Positions 13,617-27,430 of a stretch of DNA of 64,000 bases are shown piece after piece (position 1 is the first letter of the stretch; each line of letters starts with the position of its first letter). This stretch comes from Trichoplax adhaerens (lineage: Eukaryota > Animalia > Placozoa). The stretch is taken from assembly GCF_000150275.1 (NCBI RefSeq), contig NW_002060949.1, positions 209,861-273,860 on the forward strand, given 5' to 3'. The translations under genes were made by a program, and so were the position numbers. The notes beneath the pieces were generated by a model. That model worked only from the letters and a program-made list of their open reading frames with translations, did no database searches and was not told where the DNA came from.

Positions 13617-13659
13617 GAAAAAGAACATTTGCTGACGTCCGACACTTTGACGGAAGTGA
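13532..13659. promoter_or_regulatory. Putative proximal promoter of TUT4/7 with two ETS-type sites
   Basis: cacttccgg (13532-13540, reverse CCGGAAGTG), acggaagtg (~13650-13658) and CRE-like tgacgtc (13633-13639), 110-240 bp before the ATG. Motif matches only. Confidence 0.4.
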
Positions 13660-13767
13660 TCTACCGTAGGCAGAGACTTGTTTCACCGGTGGAAGAATTC
13701 TTTGTAGCTAGTTTTTTGGCGCTTGGCTTTGGAATGCTAGCGAGTCTAGCCGAAATTAACCATTAAG

Positions 13768-16700
13768 ATGGAGACGAAAGTGGAGGATATAGAAAATGTA
13801 CCGACCAACGTTGTAGAGTCATCCGGGAGATCTGATATGGTTCATAGCATAAAACTGCATGATCAGGTATGGCTGTTCAGTCGATCGAGACCTGTGTATC
13901 ACTCTCACAGGTCGCTTTGGTCACTCACATTTATTATTGTAACTAGTGATGGATTGAGTGATAATCGTCGCCAGCAGTAGAATAAACCAATCTATAGCAC
14001 AAAATAGTAAAGAAATCTTATCTTGGTTATCTGAACGGATGCTTACGTGCTTACAGCAGTTCTTGATCGTCATTTACGGAATCTGCGTTGCTTTACTCGT
14101 ACTAGACGCAAAATGCAGTATGACTATAGGAGCATCTCTGATTACTGTTGACACTAAAAAAGGTCCCAACATGCAGTCGATCTGTCGCTCAAGAGGCAAG
14201 GAAGGATACAGACTATCTTTGAAACTTGTAAACGCATTACTCTACTCTGATTGGTATTAAGATTTCTGTTTACTTTACAAATCTACGGTAATAATTATTG
14301 CACAATTATTTGTAATAAATTACGGTACGCGTATCGCAATTTACATACGAATATTGTAATTCGTTACTTGCTACTTTATATTTCTATTCCGTATCTTTAG
14401 AATTCTGTAAACTGCCAAGTAATCGCATTATTTTACATTAGCTTTAGTGTATATAGGCATTTCATATACTGTATTGGCAAAGATTATTACCTTGCTGATC
14501 TGTACAGTATTAAAGCCCAAAGCCTACGATACACAATATCGCCTAATGAATTGCAAATACTTTCTGGTAACGGACTAAACACTCTATCCGTTCATTGAGC
14601 TCACCAAACATAGTACTGTATCAGTATGTCCACAAGGCATATCATTAGTCATATAGCTCAGCATTATTTTTACCAAGGCTTAATACAGTACTATAAGAGT
14701 TGATTGTACTTGAACTACATGTATCATTGTTGTATGTCCGCTTGTCCACTTGTTGGCATCGTTCTTCATAATTATAGTGAAAAGAGTGGAGGACAAGTTA
14801 ATATCTTTGAAGAACATGGTGTTACGTGCTGTTATATATTATTATTGTCGGAATTTAAAAAAGATTGAAATAGACTGTATCATGTAAAGTATGTAGTTTT
14901 CTAAAAATAAAAACACATTCGATTAATTAGAATTAATCGAGTGCGTTTTTATTTTTAGGAAGTTACTATTAAAAGATATTCTTAACTACTTTTTATCTGG
15001 TTGTTCATTCAAATTTCGAGATAAAGAATTACATACAATATTGTTATAATTGCCACTGTAACAGATGGTACTGGTGAAAGTAATATCGAAGGATCAATTT
15101 CCGGACGCCACATGGGTAGACCTGCGACTCCTAGAAAATCATAAACTTGCGTCTATAGTAGACACCAAGGTATGGGTGCAATTAATTTTAGAGTGATTAA
15201 AGGAATCGTTTTTACTGTTGTTAATGCGCATTACCAACATGAATGAATTACTTAATTAGTTTTCTTGACTTTGTAATGGTAAATCTGGAAACTAGATTAG
15301 TCTTATTCTTAGGGATAACAAAATATCAGCTTGTAGCTAATTTTTGAAGTTCGATACATACTCTTAACTTAGATAATTGCATCATTATTGTAATGAGATT
15401 AATATTATACTTTAGACTAGAGAGGGTTACCATAAAATTTATCGTGTCTTATTAACTATATTTTTTATATCTATTGACACTGTCATTGTTTCTATTTTTA
15501 TTAATTAAAGTAAGTTTGAACAGCGCTAACAGTATTATTATGAAATTACTGTATCTTTTTAAGATGAATGATCAGGAGGATGAGGATGGAAAACAATCTA
15601 CGGATCAATCTCAACGTCAGCTTGTATGCCTACGTTGCGAACAAGTTCTTGAAAACTGCACTTTATCAGCTTTCCAGACGCATTGTTGGAATAAGATTAA
15701 AGCATTAAGAAATGTCAGTTTAAATTTTATATCGAATAATTTATTTCAGAGATGGTTATTCCTCTATTCTTTTTAAGAGCACAACGTAGTAGTCTATAAC
15801 TGAAATAATGCGCTAACAATTTAAATTCCTGTATTTCAATAGGGCTATTTGCAGAATGAGATACGCTGGTTTGTGAAACACATATCAGATGAACATTACC
15901 GAAAGCTGGATATTTTCACCGAAGTAACAGCTGAACAGTCAGGTCTATCTGCATTCAGCCTCAAACAGCGTGCGAAAATAGTTACTGAATTACAAGAAAT
16001 AGTTACTGAAGTTATAAGCGGTAAATAAACTAATACTGTGGACGTGAAATAGGAACAGTGTTAATCAAGTTTTTACACCGTTATTGTAGATATAAAGTAT
16101 AATCGAAAACATATTTCATAATTTACTTTTTTGAAACAATAGACTGTATCTTAACTGCATACGGCTCCTCTTACACTGGAATTGGATTTAAAACAGCTTC
16201 AATAGATATTATGGCATCTTCGATAGAGGCTAGTTAATGTTACTGTATTGAAATTATCTATAACACTACATGATGACAACATATCTTTTATAAGATTACA
16301 AAGCTAATCGTATGCCTTGCAAACATAAGTAATAATTTGTTGATTATAAATCTTATTATTCTTAATACAGTTTTGCGATCGTGATAGTCTCATTGTGGAA
16401 ATTAAAAAAATCTTAGAAGATAATGCAGGTAAGTATTTATATCGCATATTTGATTCGTAGATAATTTAACTTAATAATGACAATATTGCTTCAGTATAAA
16501 AAGAATAGAACATCCTTCACTGAACGCAAATACATATAATGCCTAAATGATGATGATAATGTTTGTTAGATATTTACACGAGATTGACTATTGACGTTGA
16601 AGAATATCGACCAGTTATCAATGTTATTCATAAGGCGACTAAAATTGGAATCATAATTGATACCGGCAAATCATTAGTGAGGATATAATATATTATATTT

Positions 16701-19700
16701 TTCATAGTATGCTTCATTGTCGTAGTATTAATCGTGGATGTTGAAATTTGGTTACTATTTATAAAGTCTACTATGCAGGATACCTTGATAGCGACGTACT
16801 GTAAGATTGATAGTCGTACTAGGCAACTAGGAGTGGTACTCAGAAAATGGGCAAGGGTGAGTGGTGTACTACGTGTCCTTGAACATGACTTGTTAAGTAT
16901 GTTATAAACTCATTATCATCGCTTCTGCTTGTTACAGGTTTGTGGAATTGATAGGCCTAATGAAGGTGGATTGCATCCTGGTGCTCTTATCATAATGCTT
17001 ATTTATTATCTTCAACGTTGTACTCCGCCAGTATTGCCTGTTTTACATGAGGTCAATAAAGTAGTATACATATAGGCTGGTATTATACTGTTTTCGATTT
17101 CTTTCTTTGCTAATCTGTCATCTGAAATATAGCTTGCGTCGGATGATCAATCAAAAAATTTTAATTACGAAATAGATGGTGTTCCGTTTATTTACTTTAA
17201 TGATATTGATACATTGGTAGGTATTAACCGACTTAAGATACGATATTTTCTTACAATTAAGATAATCTCTGTGTACTACTTACTACAAAAAGTTTCACAC
17301 GTAAAATCTACCTGATTTTATTTATTATCTTATCTTTTTATTAATTTAGGATGATATATGGCAATCTGACAATGAAAAGAGTATTGGACAACTTTGGCTA
17401 GGGTTTTTTACGTTAGTAATGCTTACAGATATGATCTTTGTAAATATTGTACTGTAATAAAGTAACATTTTGTTACTAATCAGTCCTTCATCTTTGCCAC
17501 AAACCAGATTTTATTCATTAGACTACGGGATTAGCCGTAACGTTGTCTGTATAACCTCAAAATCAACAATTACACGAAGAATGAGAAAATGGGAAGCAAA
17601 CAGTTTTGCTATCGAAAGTACGTCAGTGATTCAGTTTCGATAAAACCAGTTGATACACCTATTTTATGTCCAATATGACCATGATTGTATTTGCAACATG
17701 CAGTATGATAAAATTATTATATCGTGTTTGCGACAAACAAGACTGGCAATAAATATAGCACTGATGCAGTTGTAAATACTTGTGAATGTACTGTTTAATT
17801 GAAAGTATTACAAAGGTAAGCCATCTACTGATGTAATGATATAGTAATAATTATTAATGAATAGGTCCATTTGGAAACCGCCATAATTGTGGTAAAACCG
17901 TTACAACACGACAAGGTGAGTTAATTTATTAGCAAACTGCTCGTTTATTAAATCTGGTTAAAAGTTTTACTAATATTTATAAATTATATGTTAGCTCGCA
18001 AATTTATAGTAGATAGATTGCTTCTTACTGTATTTTATTTTGGAAGAATACCACCTGGTCTAATTAATAAGCGTAAGTACTTCCAATCTATTGAATATAT
18101 GAGTTGAGTTTTATACGTAATGTTACTGTATTTTTGTTTCTGGTATGCAACTGAACTGTGACATAACTATTTTAGTAATTGAATGTCCGAAGCAGTTCGA
18201 ATGGTTATCTGACTCGTCGAAAATTACCGATACCTTCCAATTAGAAAAGATCTTTGTTTCAGGGACACATGTTTGTACTATATACTCGTATCTAGTATTA
18301 CAATATATTGTTAAAGATTTCATTTTATCTATCGACTAATTATCTACGTACATTTCAGGAAATGCCCCTTCGCTGTCCGAGTTGTGATGGTAATCATCGA
18401 AAAGACGTATGTATAGTTTAGTTAAGTTACAGTTTTAGTTGATAAAATGAAGCCACTATTTGTAAATCAATTTTGTCTATGTAAGCCCTTGGGTAAGTTG
18501 ATATTGACTCCTAACTTACATAAAATTATTTCTCGTCAACAAATGTTGTATTTTTCTGACTATGCGTCACAATGCCTGGTATAGTATGTTTATTAAAAAA
18601 TGGTAGTACATTATTAGTAACCACTTATCATCTCTGGATTTGTTACGTAAACTTCAGTTATAGCAGTGATCTATTCAAGAGCTCTGATGTTGATGTACTC
18701 GTAATTAATGATGACAAAGACTTCTTAAAATACTGCACAAATGAATTATTAATTAAATGAGTGAATATAAATTGACACCTTAAAACATCTTACTCATATG
18801 GCGATCCTATATTTTAAATATGATAAGTCACGTATTATGTTAATTGCTATAGATCAAAGTATCAAACCCAGTTGTTATCCACAATTAAGATGTTATCTTC
18901 GGCAGTAATATTCGAAATGTTATTCATCTATATCTTTATAATCGTTATAAATAAACGGTAAATATAACCTATGAATTAATTATACCAAAACGATTTATTT
19001 TTGTTTATAGAATTGTCCAGAAAGTATTAGTACTTTAAATCCTTTACCGGAAATGAATATTGATTATCTGAGGGCTATAGATGAATTTTGTTACTACGTA
19101 AAAGGTAAGCAATACAGTAATTAAGTTGGCATAATTTGAAGCCGTTATTTATGGTATGTCATCTTAGCACTAAAGTTATTTTCTTTCCTTTTATTCTTAG
19201 ATTATTACGCGATGTCAGCCGAGGAAAAACAGTTTCGAGAAGAAATTCTTCATCGCGTAACCAAAGCTATGCAAGCTATCTTTCCAGGTGAAAATAGAGC
19301 GGTCTTATATCTTATCTACCATTTTGCACCACAAATGAAATTTTTGTAACCGAGTGATATATGTATCTTTACTAAATAAGAGGCAACATTGCACCTGTTT
19401 GGATCGTCAAAAAATGGGTTTGGAACCAAACAGTCAGATGTAGATATGTGTATGATGATACCTGACGACAGCTTGAACTGTCTCGATGTATGTAATTACC
19501 AATTTTCGTTATACGAGTAAATGAAACAGCTTCGTAATTATATGTTTGTGACAAACATTGCTAGGAAAAATTACGTGGCCAAGAAGCTATTAGACGTATA
19601 GCGAAGCAGTTACGTAAGAAGTCTAGAGGTTAGTTACTTATTTTGAACTTAGTATATTATCCTTTGTTGTTTTATTAAAGTTTTTTATTAACATAACCAG

Positions 19701-22043
19701 ATTTTGCAAAAGTACAAGATATATCTCGTGCAACAGTTCCGATAGTAAAATTTTATGATGTAAGACGGTATGTAAATCCTACATGTTCGCTTAATAGGTA
19801 AGTTACTAGTATTTTAAAACTTTAATAGAGTTTTTTTTCGCTACAGGAAGTTATCGTGTGATATTAGTTACCAAAATGCTTTGGTTTGTATTTATTACTG
19901 ATACACAATTAGTTGATTTATTCCTTGTGAAAGATTTAATCTAATGGAATCCTATTATATAATTATCACTTTTGTAGGCTGTACATAACACAAATCTTTT
20001 GGCAAGTTATGGTAGCCTTGATGATCGGATTCCAATTCTTGTTTTAGTTCTTAAATTAATAGCCAAGGTACAATTAATATAAAGTTTTCTTAGATATAAA
20101 GATTCTTAGTTGTCGCAAATAACTACCTATGTTTAATTTGCAAAGGCTTGCGACATCGGAGATGCATCGAGAGGCAGTTTGAGTTCGTATGCCCATACGT
20201 TGATGATGATTTACTTTCTACAACATTGTGATCCCCCAGTTTTACCTGTACTGCAGGAGGTACTGTGCTTTAAATGCTACTTAGCTATCACAGATATAAT
20301 TACTTTTTATTAACAATAAGATTATGTTAGTTACATGATGGAGATAAACCAGAGCAAACGGTAGAGAATTGGAATGTTTGGTTTCAAGAAGATCGCGAAA
20401 CAATCGTAAGGGAACATAAGCAGCTTATATTTGATAGCATTAGGTAATGACTGCTATTATATAGTTTCATATTTATTTACAGCGAAAATGGTCGGGCTTT
20501 GGAAAGAATAAAGAAAGTGTTGGCTCTTTATTATTAAAATTTTACCGGTATTACACCGAAACCTTTAATTTTACTACTGACGTCATAGCAATACGACAAT
20601 TTGATCCGATGACGAAATTGAATAAGGGATGGTACACAAAATTTATAGCAATTGAAGGTATGATAAAGTTTTTATATTTACCTATGAAGTTGAAATTTCA
20701 ATTTTGATGACTTTAAAATCATCCAATAGATCCATTTGATTTAAAACATAATCTTGGGAGAGGCCTACAACGGAAAAGTATGCACGTATTTATATTATCT
20801 GGCAATATAATCACTAGTATCTAATAGCGCATGGATCACTATAGAATAGTGAATAATAATGCGTATACTCTTTCTGTATGGTATAGTGAATTCTTATATC
20901 AAAAGTGTATTACGCAATTGCCGAACAATATTTGGAACTCCGCAACCTATACAGCATCACTTCATGGTATAGATTCTAATGTTCTGTTGTAAATTATTTA
21001 TAAAGATGTTGACGCTATATTCTTCTTTAACCCTGTTCAGGATCATTTTCTTAATCTATCTAAGCTAACCAATGGTAAAAAATCTCCAGATCAAAATCGG
21101 TGCTTCAATTGCGGCTTTATTGGACATCGAAGGAAGGATTGTCCTAAGAGTCGTAAGTTTGCTATCGATTAAAGGTCCCATCTCGTATTTTTTTTGTGGT
21201 TAGATATTACCAATTAACGTAGGAGGACGTTGAAAAGTATTACTATTATTACATATAGGTAATTTCAGAGAACAGACTCAGGGGCTTCCTGCGCATAGAG
21301 ATAATTCACCTAAAATGCTAGCACAAGCTTTTAATGTACTGAAAATCAATGAGAATGGAAAGCCGAAGCAAGGAGATGCAAAATTTTCCCAGGCAAATTC
21401 CTTATGGCAGCAACAGAACGTACAGACTGGCCCGGTGGCAATGCCAAATGTTCAATGGCAGCATAATCCTAAGATTCCAGTTTATATGGAGATGCCAATT
21501 CTATTAAACAATGGAGGTGTTATGAATACAATATCTAAAATGCCTTATTACCCTTACGCTCCATTCAATATGCATCAGCATACTTTGAATGCTAATAATG
21601 CGTATCAGCTAAATCCCTACAGCAATTTTAAAAATTATCATGTTGTAAGCCCTACAAATGTATCATCCAATGAAACTACTGTGAATGACAACATGAGTGA
21701 TTATGAGTGTAAAAGCTCAATACCAGAGAAATTGGAGGCTCATGGAAGTGTCGAATCTTACACCGAGACTGAACTGGATAGTAAGCCTTCAACAAGTAAT
21801 CAACAGAATCAATCAATACAGAAAGAGTCTAACAGTAGGGGGCAGCAGCAGTATGATGAACACAAACATCGTAGGTATCCACCAATATTTCACCATACTA
21901 CCCATGAAATGCCACCAAATGACGTTGAGAATTTGAGTACAATTAAGAAAAGTACAGATCTTACATGGCAACAGGGACGATTAATTGACGAAATAGGTCG
22001 TTCTCGAAAGAAAAATCGGATAAGAAAACCGAAAGCAAATTAA
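13768..22043 (+). CDS. TUT4/TUT7: Terminal uridylyltransferase, TUT4/TUT7 (ZCCHC11/ZCCHC6) type, multi-exon
   Basis: N-terminal Zn finger (CLRC...HC, ~15627). First NTase-fold domain AYGSSYTGIGFKTASIDI (16143-16228) lacks the first catalytic Asp and is followed by PAP-associated motifs (LRKWAR, YYLQRCTPPVLPVLHE). Zn knuckle CPSCDGNHRKD|NC (~18374/19011). Catalytic domain LFGSSKNGFGTKQSDVDMC (~19395-19450), SCDIS, ACDIGDASRGSLSSYAH and nucleotide-recognition motif IAIE|DPFDLKHNLG with the UTP-selecting His. Knuckle CFNCGFIGHRRKDC (~21101). Q/N/P-rich tail, stop 22043. Confidence 0.93.
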
Positions 22044-22597
22044 TTAAAGAAACTAATAGCCCTTTCTTTAGTGCTTGTAAATTATTACCAGTGGTAATCT
22101 TTTATCTCTGTCCTTAAAATCTACTGCATATGAGATTAGCCATTCTAACGTAAATGGTATTCATCTATTTGAAATATAATTACTGAAAATGGAAATCTTG
22201 GTTACAATTAAATCGTCTACATTATTATATATAGGTTACATGACGCCTTTCTTTCAATTGTGTACGATATACTGGCAATCTATTTATTAATGGCTAGCTG
22301 ATAATCATCAGCTATACAGAATACGCATTCTTGTCATGATTAAAGTAAACGTAGATACGTATAAACAATTAAATGTATCGATCATTTATTCCCTCCTTTT
22401 TTATACATGTACTTTATCCCTGAATTGACTATGCTGTTCTTGACATTTTATTTACTATATTCTATTTCATGTTTCAAATTGAATAAATATCTACGTTTAT
22501 ACTTATTTCTACACTCATTTGATTTTACTCCGATATAGTTATGAAAAATCCTCTTAAATTGAAACCAATTTATTTTACTCGTACATTACTATTCTTT

Positions 22598-23231
22598 TCG
22601 TACAGTACAACAGTGAAGGTTGATAATACAGTATACAGATACAGTACAGTAAGTGTTTGTGTTCTCAACGCTATACTGTACGCCGAGTGTACTGTACACT
22701 GTACATTAGTGTACTGTACGGTACAATATGTAATAATGTACGATACTGTACAGTACAGTACTAATACAAATTTTTTGTGTACAGTACACTATGTACTGTA
22801 CTGTACAATATACTGTAATCCGTTTCCTTCGATACTGTACGTTTGAATGGTAAAAACTAAAAACTTTAAGTAAAACGCTTAAGAAAGACCAATCGTTATG
22901 AACCTTCCTATACACATACAGTAAGTCTCTGTAAGTCTCTTATTAAATTGAAATTGATGCAAAAATTGTAATATCGAATGTATGGGATCACGCGTACAGT
23001 ACTGTACTGTACGTTCGTGTGTAAAAACACAGCCAACTACAGTACAAATTACAGGTTTTCACTGTACCACTGTCACCACACAAAGACACTGTACTGTACT
23101 GTACAGTACAGTACTGTAATTTACAAATAATATACTGTAGTAATTTGTACTAATGTCAGCCTCTGGTACAGTACCTAAATTCTGAATTTTCCATGACTGT
23201 TCTGTACTGTGCAGTGCCGTACCGTACCGTA
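22598..23231. repeat. Dense TACAG/CTGTA pentamer array upstream of PPWD1
   Basis: Units throughout 22598-22822 and 22994-23231. Perfect 24-bp palindrome gtactgtactgtacagtacagtac at 23091-23114; variant ccgtaccgtaccgta at ~23217-23231, about 60 bp before the ATG. Confidence 0.85.
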
Positions 23232-23290
23232 TTTCACCGCGCTTTACAAACTAGAAGCATTCTCCGCGTATTAGCGTGAAAGAAGAAGCC

Positions 23291-26200
23291 ATGGCAAACG
23301 TAGCTGAAAAGCGTACAGCTGAAGATTCTGACGATGAAGTCATTGGCCCTATGCCTAGTTTAGCTGCTAAACCAAATAGTAAAAGAGTTAAAGGTTTGGT
23401 ATTCTGCACAATCTCAAGGATTTATAAACTTTCTTTACATTGAAAGACGAACACTACCTTTTTTGATTTGGGTGCAATAACAGGCTGTACTTCTTTTTAT
23501 TCTATCTCCAGTCTTGAAATTTGAGCATCTATACTTGGCCAATTTACCCTCTGCCGAATCGTACGAGAAGAGCTTAATGCATCGAGATGTAATTAATAAT
23601 GTTTTGATAACGAGGTAACGACCAGCTAATAGTGTATGAATTTCTTAGCTATACAAGAATAAGTTTCTATGCACTATATTGTAGTGCATAACGATTCTCA
23701 ACGATTGCCCATTTAATAAGAATAATTATTCATTACCATTCGTAGGACGGACTTTGTTGTCACATCCAGCTGTGATGGCCACATCAAATTCTGGAAAAAA
23801 TGTGATGAACTAATTGAATTTGTCAAACATTTTCGTGCTCATAGAGGTCAATAACTAAATTATGCATGTAGCTGCATTCAAGAATGTCATTTTGCAGCTT
23901 CGTTAAGAATATGACCTCGATCAATTGTAACTGATTTGATAGCGATGGAAAAGTTGCTCATTGAGCCAGTTGGAATAGTAGTAAACATGAATATTATAAT
24001 TGTTAACCAATATTATATCAGTAAGAATGAAAGATTAACTTTTCCTTATGTAATCTTTAGAAACCGTTGTTGACATAGCTGCAAGTTGTGATGGACTCTT
24101 AGTTGCCTCTGCCTCGACAGATAAATCTATAAAAATTTTCGACGTTATAAATTTCGGTTTGTTCATATTGAGCAGTACAACGCTATTTAATTATTATAAA
24201 CGTAAAAAGTATACTTCTAATAATTTTGTTGCTGTTAAGCTAAAACTACAGTTTTATGTTGGACAGAATCTGTAGTTACAAGATTATCGTAACGGTAAAA
24301 ATTCTATCAATACTGTACCGTCATTGGTAAAATATAGTACAATAGTATAACAGATTGAGATTGCAGTACGTTTTGGGTCTCTGTTGACAAATGTATTGAT
24401 GCAGCCAAGCGTTATACTATGCATTCTAGTCGTTATCGAAAATATCCTAAGTTGAGGTTAATTATATATTTAGATAGGATGGATACGATAAAAAAATTTC
24501 GTATATATTATACATGTATTGTAAATTTATGCTTTGCGTGCAAATATTTATTATGAGCTGTTGCCTTAAACATTTTCATTCAATTATAAATTTATTGTAG
24601 ATATGATCAATATGCTAAAGCTTTCGTATGTACCTGGTTGCTGTCAGTGGATACATACATCAGATTCTGCGGTTGCCCTAATTGCGTGGTAACTAAAATG
24701 AACAATTTCACTAGCTACCGATTAGAATTTACGTGTATTTATACAGCAGAATTTGATCATATTTTTAGCTGATTATTCATGAGTGTATTATGTAAAACTC
24801 GTATAGTGTAACTTATCTACTAAAACTAACTTATATTCTCAATTTAAAATATGTACAGTTCTGAACGAAGCAATGGAAATATTTACATCTATGATGGTAG
24901 AGGTAATAATGAAGCAATTCAAACCATAACCTTACATTCTAAACCAGTTACCTTTATTGGAGTAAGTAATTGAAATGCAATATGCTATTATATTATGAAT
25001 ACAACCTGAACTGCAATAGCGATAATGTTCCACAAAATCATAGGCTAATATCGTCTGACCTTGTAACAGTATAATAGCGTATTCGACGTAGTGATATCTG
25101 GAGATGAAGCGGGTATGTTAGAATATTGGTCTGGCACCAGCAATGATTTCAAATTTCCAGAAATTCTAGACTTTGAATTCAAAACTGATACGGATTTGTA
25201 TCACTTTGCTATGGTAACGTAAACGATACATTTTATTGTCGATGTGAAATGATAAATTGAATATAACAACTTTGATTACCATCTAGCATAAAACGGTACC
25301 GATGTCTATCTCATTCTCGTCAAATGGAAAATTACTAGCTATTGTTGCTGAAGATCGTACGGTAAACCTGATTTTATTTGAAACCTACGAGATCTCTACT
25401 AGTTTCATCTCGGTACCTATTATCGTCATTAACAGATTTCAGTTTTTCGCTTCCTGAGTGGGAAATTGAAAGTTATATTTAATGAAAAAGTGGATTCATA
25501 TGATAGAGGTCTAAAGGTAGCCTTTTTCGTTTGAAGAAATTAAAAATTAGCGTTGTGGCCATTATTAACTATGCTTGATAGTTTTACAGACACAATTAAA
25601 ATTGCGTTCTTTATTCCATTCAGACTGGATCGCAGCTGCCCAACATGGAAATTAATCGACGCATTGCTGTTGAACGTGACATTGAGAAAGCAGATGGATT
25701 ATCTCATGTAAATGCAAGTAAGTGTTTTTAAAACTATCGCTGCTTGAAGGCCTATGTATTGCTAATGCAATTTATTTATTCAGTTTTTGATGATAGTGGG
25801 CATATGCTAATATACGCAACCATGCTAGGAATTAAAGGTCAGAGGTGTCTACTTATGTAGGTAGCTAAGCAATGATGTTAATGTTATGATATTTTATCTA
25901 CTGAAGTGATGAATTTACAAACAAATACTTGTATCAGAACACTTGGAAAGGTAGCTAACAAATACTAGTAAATTTAATCTTGGTTACTTAGAGTTCGCAT
26001 TGATCAGTTTTGTAAATTCTGGCCATTCTATTAATATGATTGTCATTTCCGGTTTCTTGTAGGCTGAGAATGTGCGATTTCTTAACATTGCTTTATATCA
26101 AAGTAAACCTAAGCAGTCTGGTATATCAATAGTGAGTGCTTTAGATCTTGTATTATGAATGATAAACGTTCGTTGATCATTATACATGTATACGAATACT

Positions 26201-27430
26201 GAGTAATAAATTTCCTATGCAGGAGCTTGAAGCTAGTACAAATTCGAGTTCACAAAAAACAACCTCAGATCCAATGATTGTTAGCACTGGTTGGAAAAAG
26301 AATAGATTCTATATGTTCTCGACAAGAGAACCAGATGATACGAAAGGGTGAGTTTGAGAAGGATAATTATTTATCCCTGTTAAATAGTGATTAGTTAATA
26401 AATAATTAGTTGAAAGTGTATTTTAGAGTTATCATATTCATCTTTCAATTTCATATATTTATCGTAGAGCTGAAGTTGATCGGGACGTTTTTAATGAAAA
26501 ACCATCACGTGAAGAACAGTTGGCAGCAGTCAAGGTAAAGTTTAAACTCGATTAGAACGATTCGTTCGCTATTTCTAGCATGGTGATTTTAAGCTTAGGT
26601 TAAAACTTAGTAATATTTGAAGTATTTTTATGAAATTACAGGACTCATCCAATGTTATGCTAGGCGACTCTTCAGTAATGCATACTACAATGGGAGATAT
26701 TCAAATAGAACTATTTCCTAAAGTGTAAATAAAGAATGACTTTTCTAAGAGGTTCTGCTCGAACACTAATGTTAAAGTCTTTAATTCTGTTGTTTAATAA
26801 TTTTCTTAGAGCTCCAAAGGCTGTAGAAAACTTTTGTACTCACTCAAAGAATGGTTATTATAACGGGCATATATTTCATCGGGTCATTAAAGCCTTTATG
26901 ATTCAAACTGGAGATCCATTAGGTTAAATTACAACAATTTATTAGTGCTTATTGATAGATATGAAGTTGTCGGTACTGTTACAAAAGGTGTTCTATATTT
27001 TATCTTTCGTAAAAATTAGGAACTGGTACTGGCGGAACGTCAATTTGGGGTAAAGAATTTGAAGATGAATTTCATTCCAGTGTACGTCATGATCGTCCAT
27101 ATACTGTTAGTATGGCTAATGCTGGTCCAGGAACCAATGGATCTCAATTTTTTATCACGGTCGTTCCTACGGTTTGTAAATAATCCTTACTTCGCTATTT
27201 GATCATTAATAATAAACTAGATAATTATATTCAGACTTATTTATCATTTAACTTTTCTTTCCTGGTTTTATCTTGTTAATCAATAGCCATGGTTGGATAA
27301 TAAGCATACAATTTTTGGTAGAGTCGTAAAAGGAATGGAAGTTGTTCAAAATATTAGTAATGTTAAATGCGATCCGAAAACTGATAGACCATACGACGAT
27401 ATTAAAATTATCAGTATTACAATAAAGTAG
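23291..27430 (+). CDS. PPWD1: Peptidylprolyl isomerase domain and WD repeat-containing protein 1 (spliceosomal cyclophilin), multi-exon
   Basis: ATG 23291 (DDEVIGPMP), [59 protein letters not shown]-terminal cyclophilin: [78 protein letters not shown]. Stop TAG 27428-27430. Confidence 0.97.

Noticed and set aside
12892-13635. Cys/Thr/Val/Tyr-rich short ORFs (also 22541-22915)
   Set aside because: Translation artefacts of the TACAG/CTGTA pentamer arrays (YCTVQ-type repeats).
13958-14260. 100-aa hydrophobic ORF after TUT exon 1
   Set aside because: Lies in TUT intron 1 (donor at 13867), starts at a non-ATG codon and has no recognisable homology.
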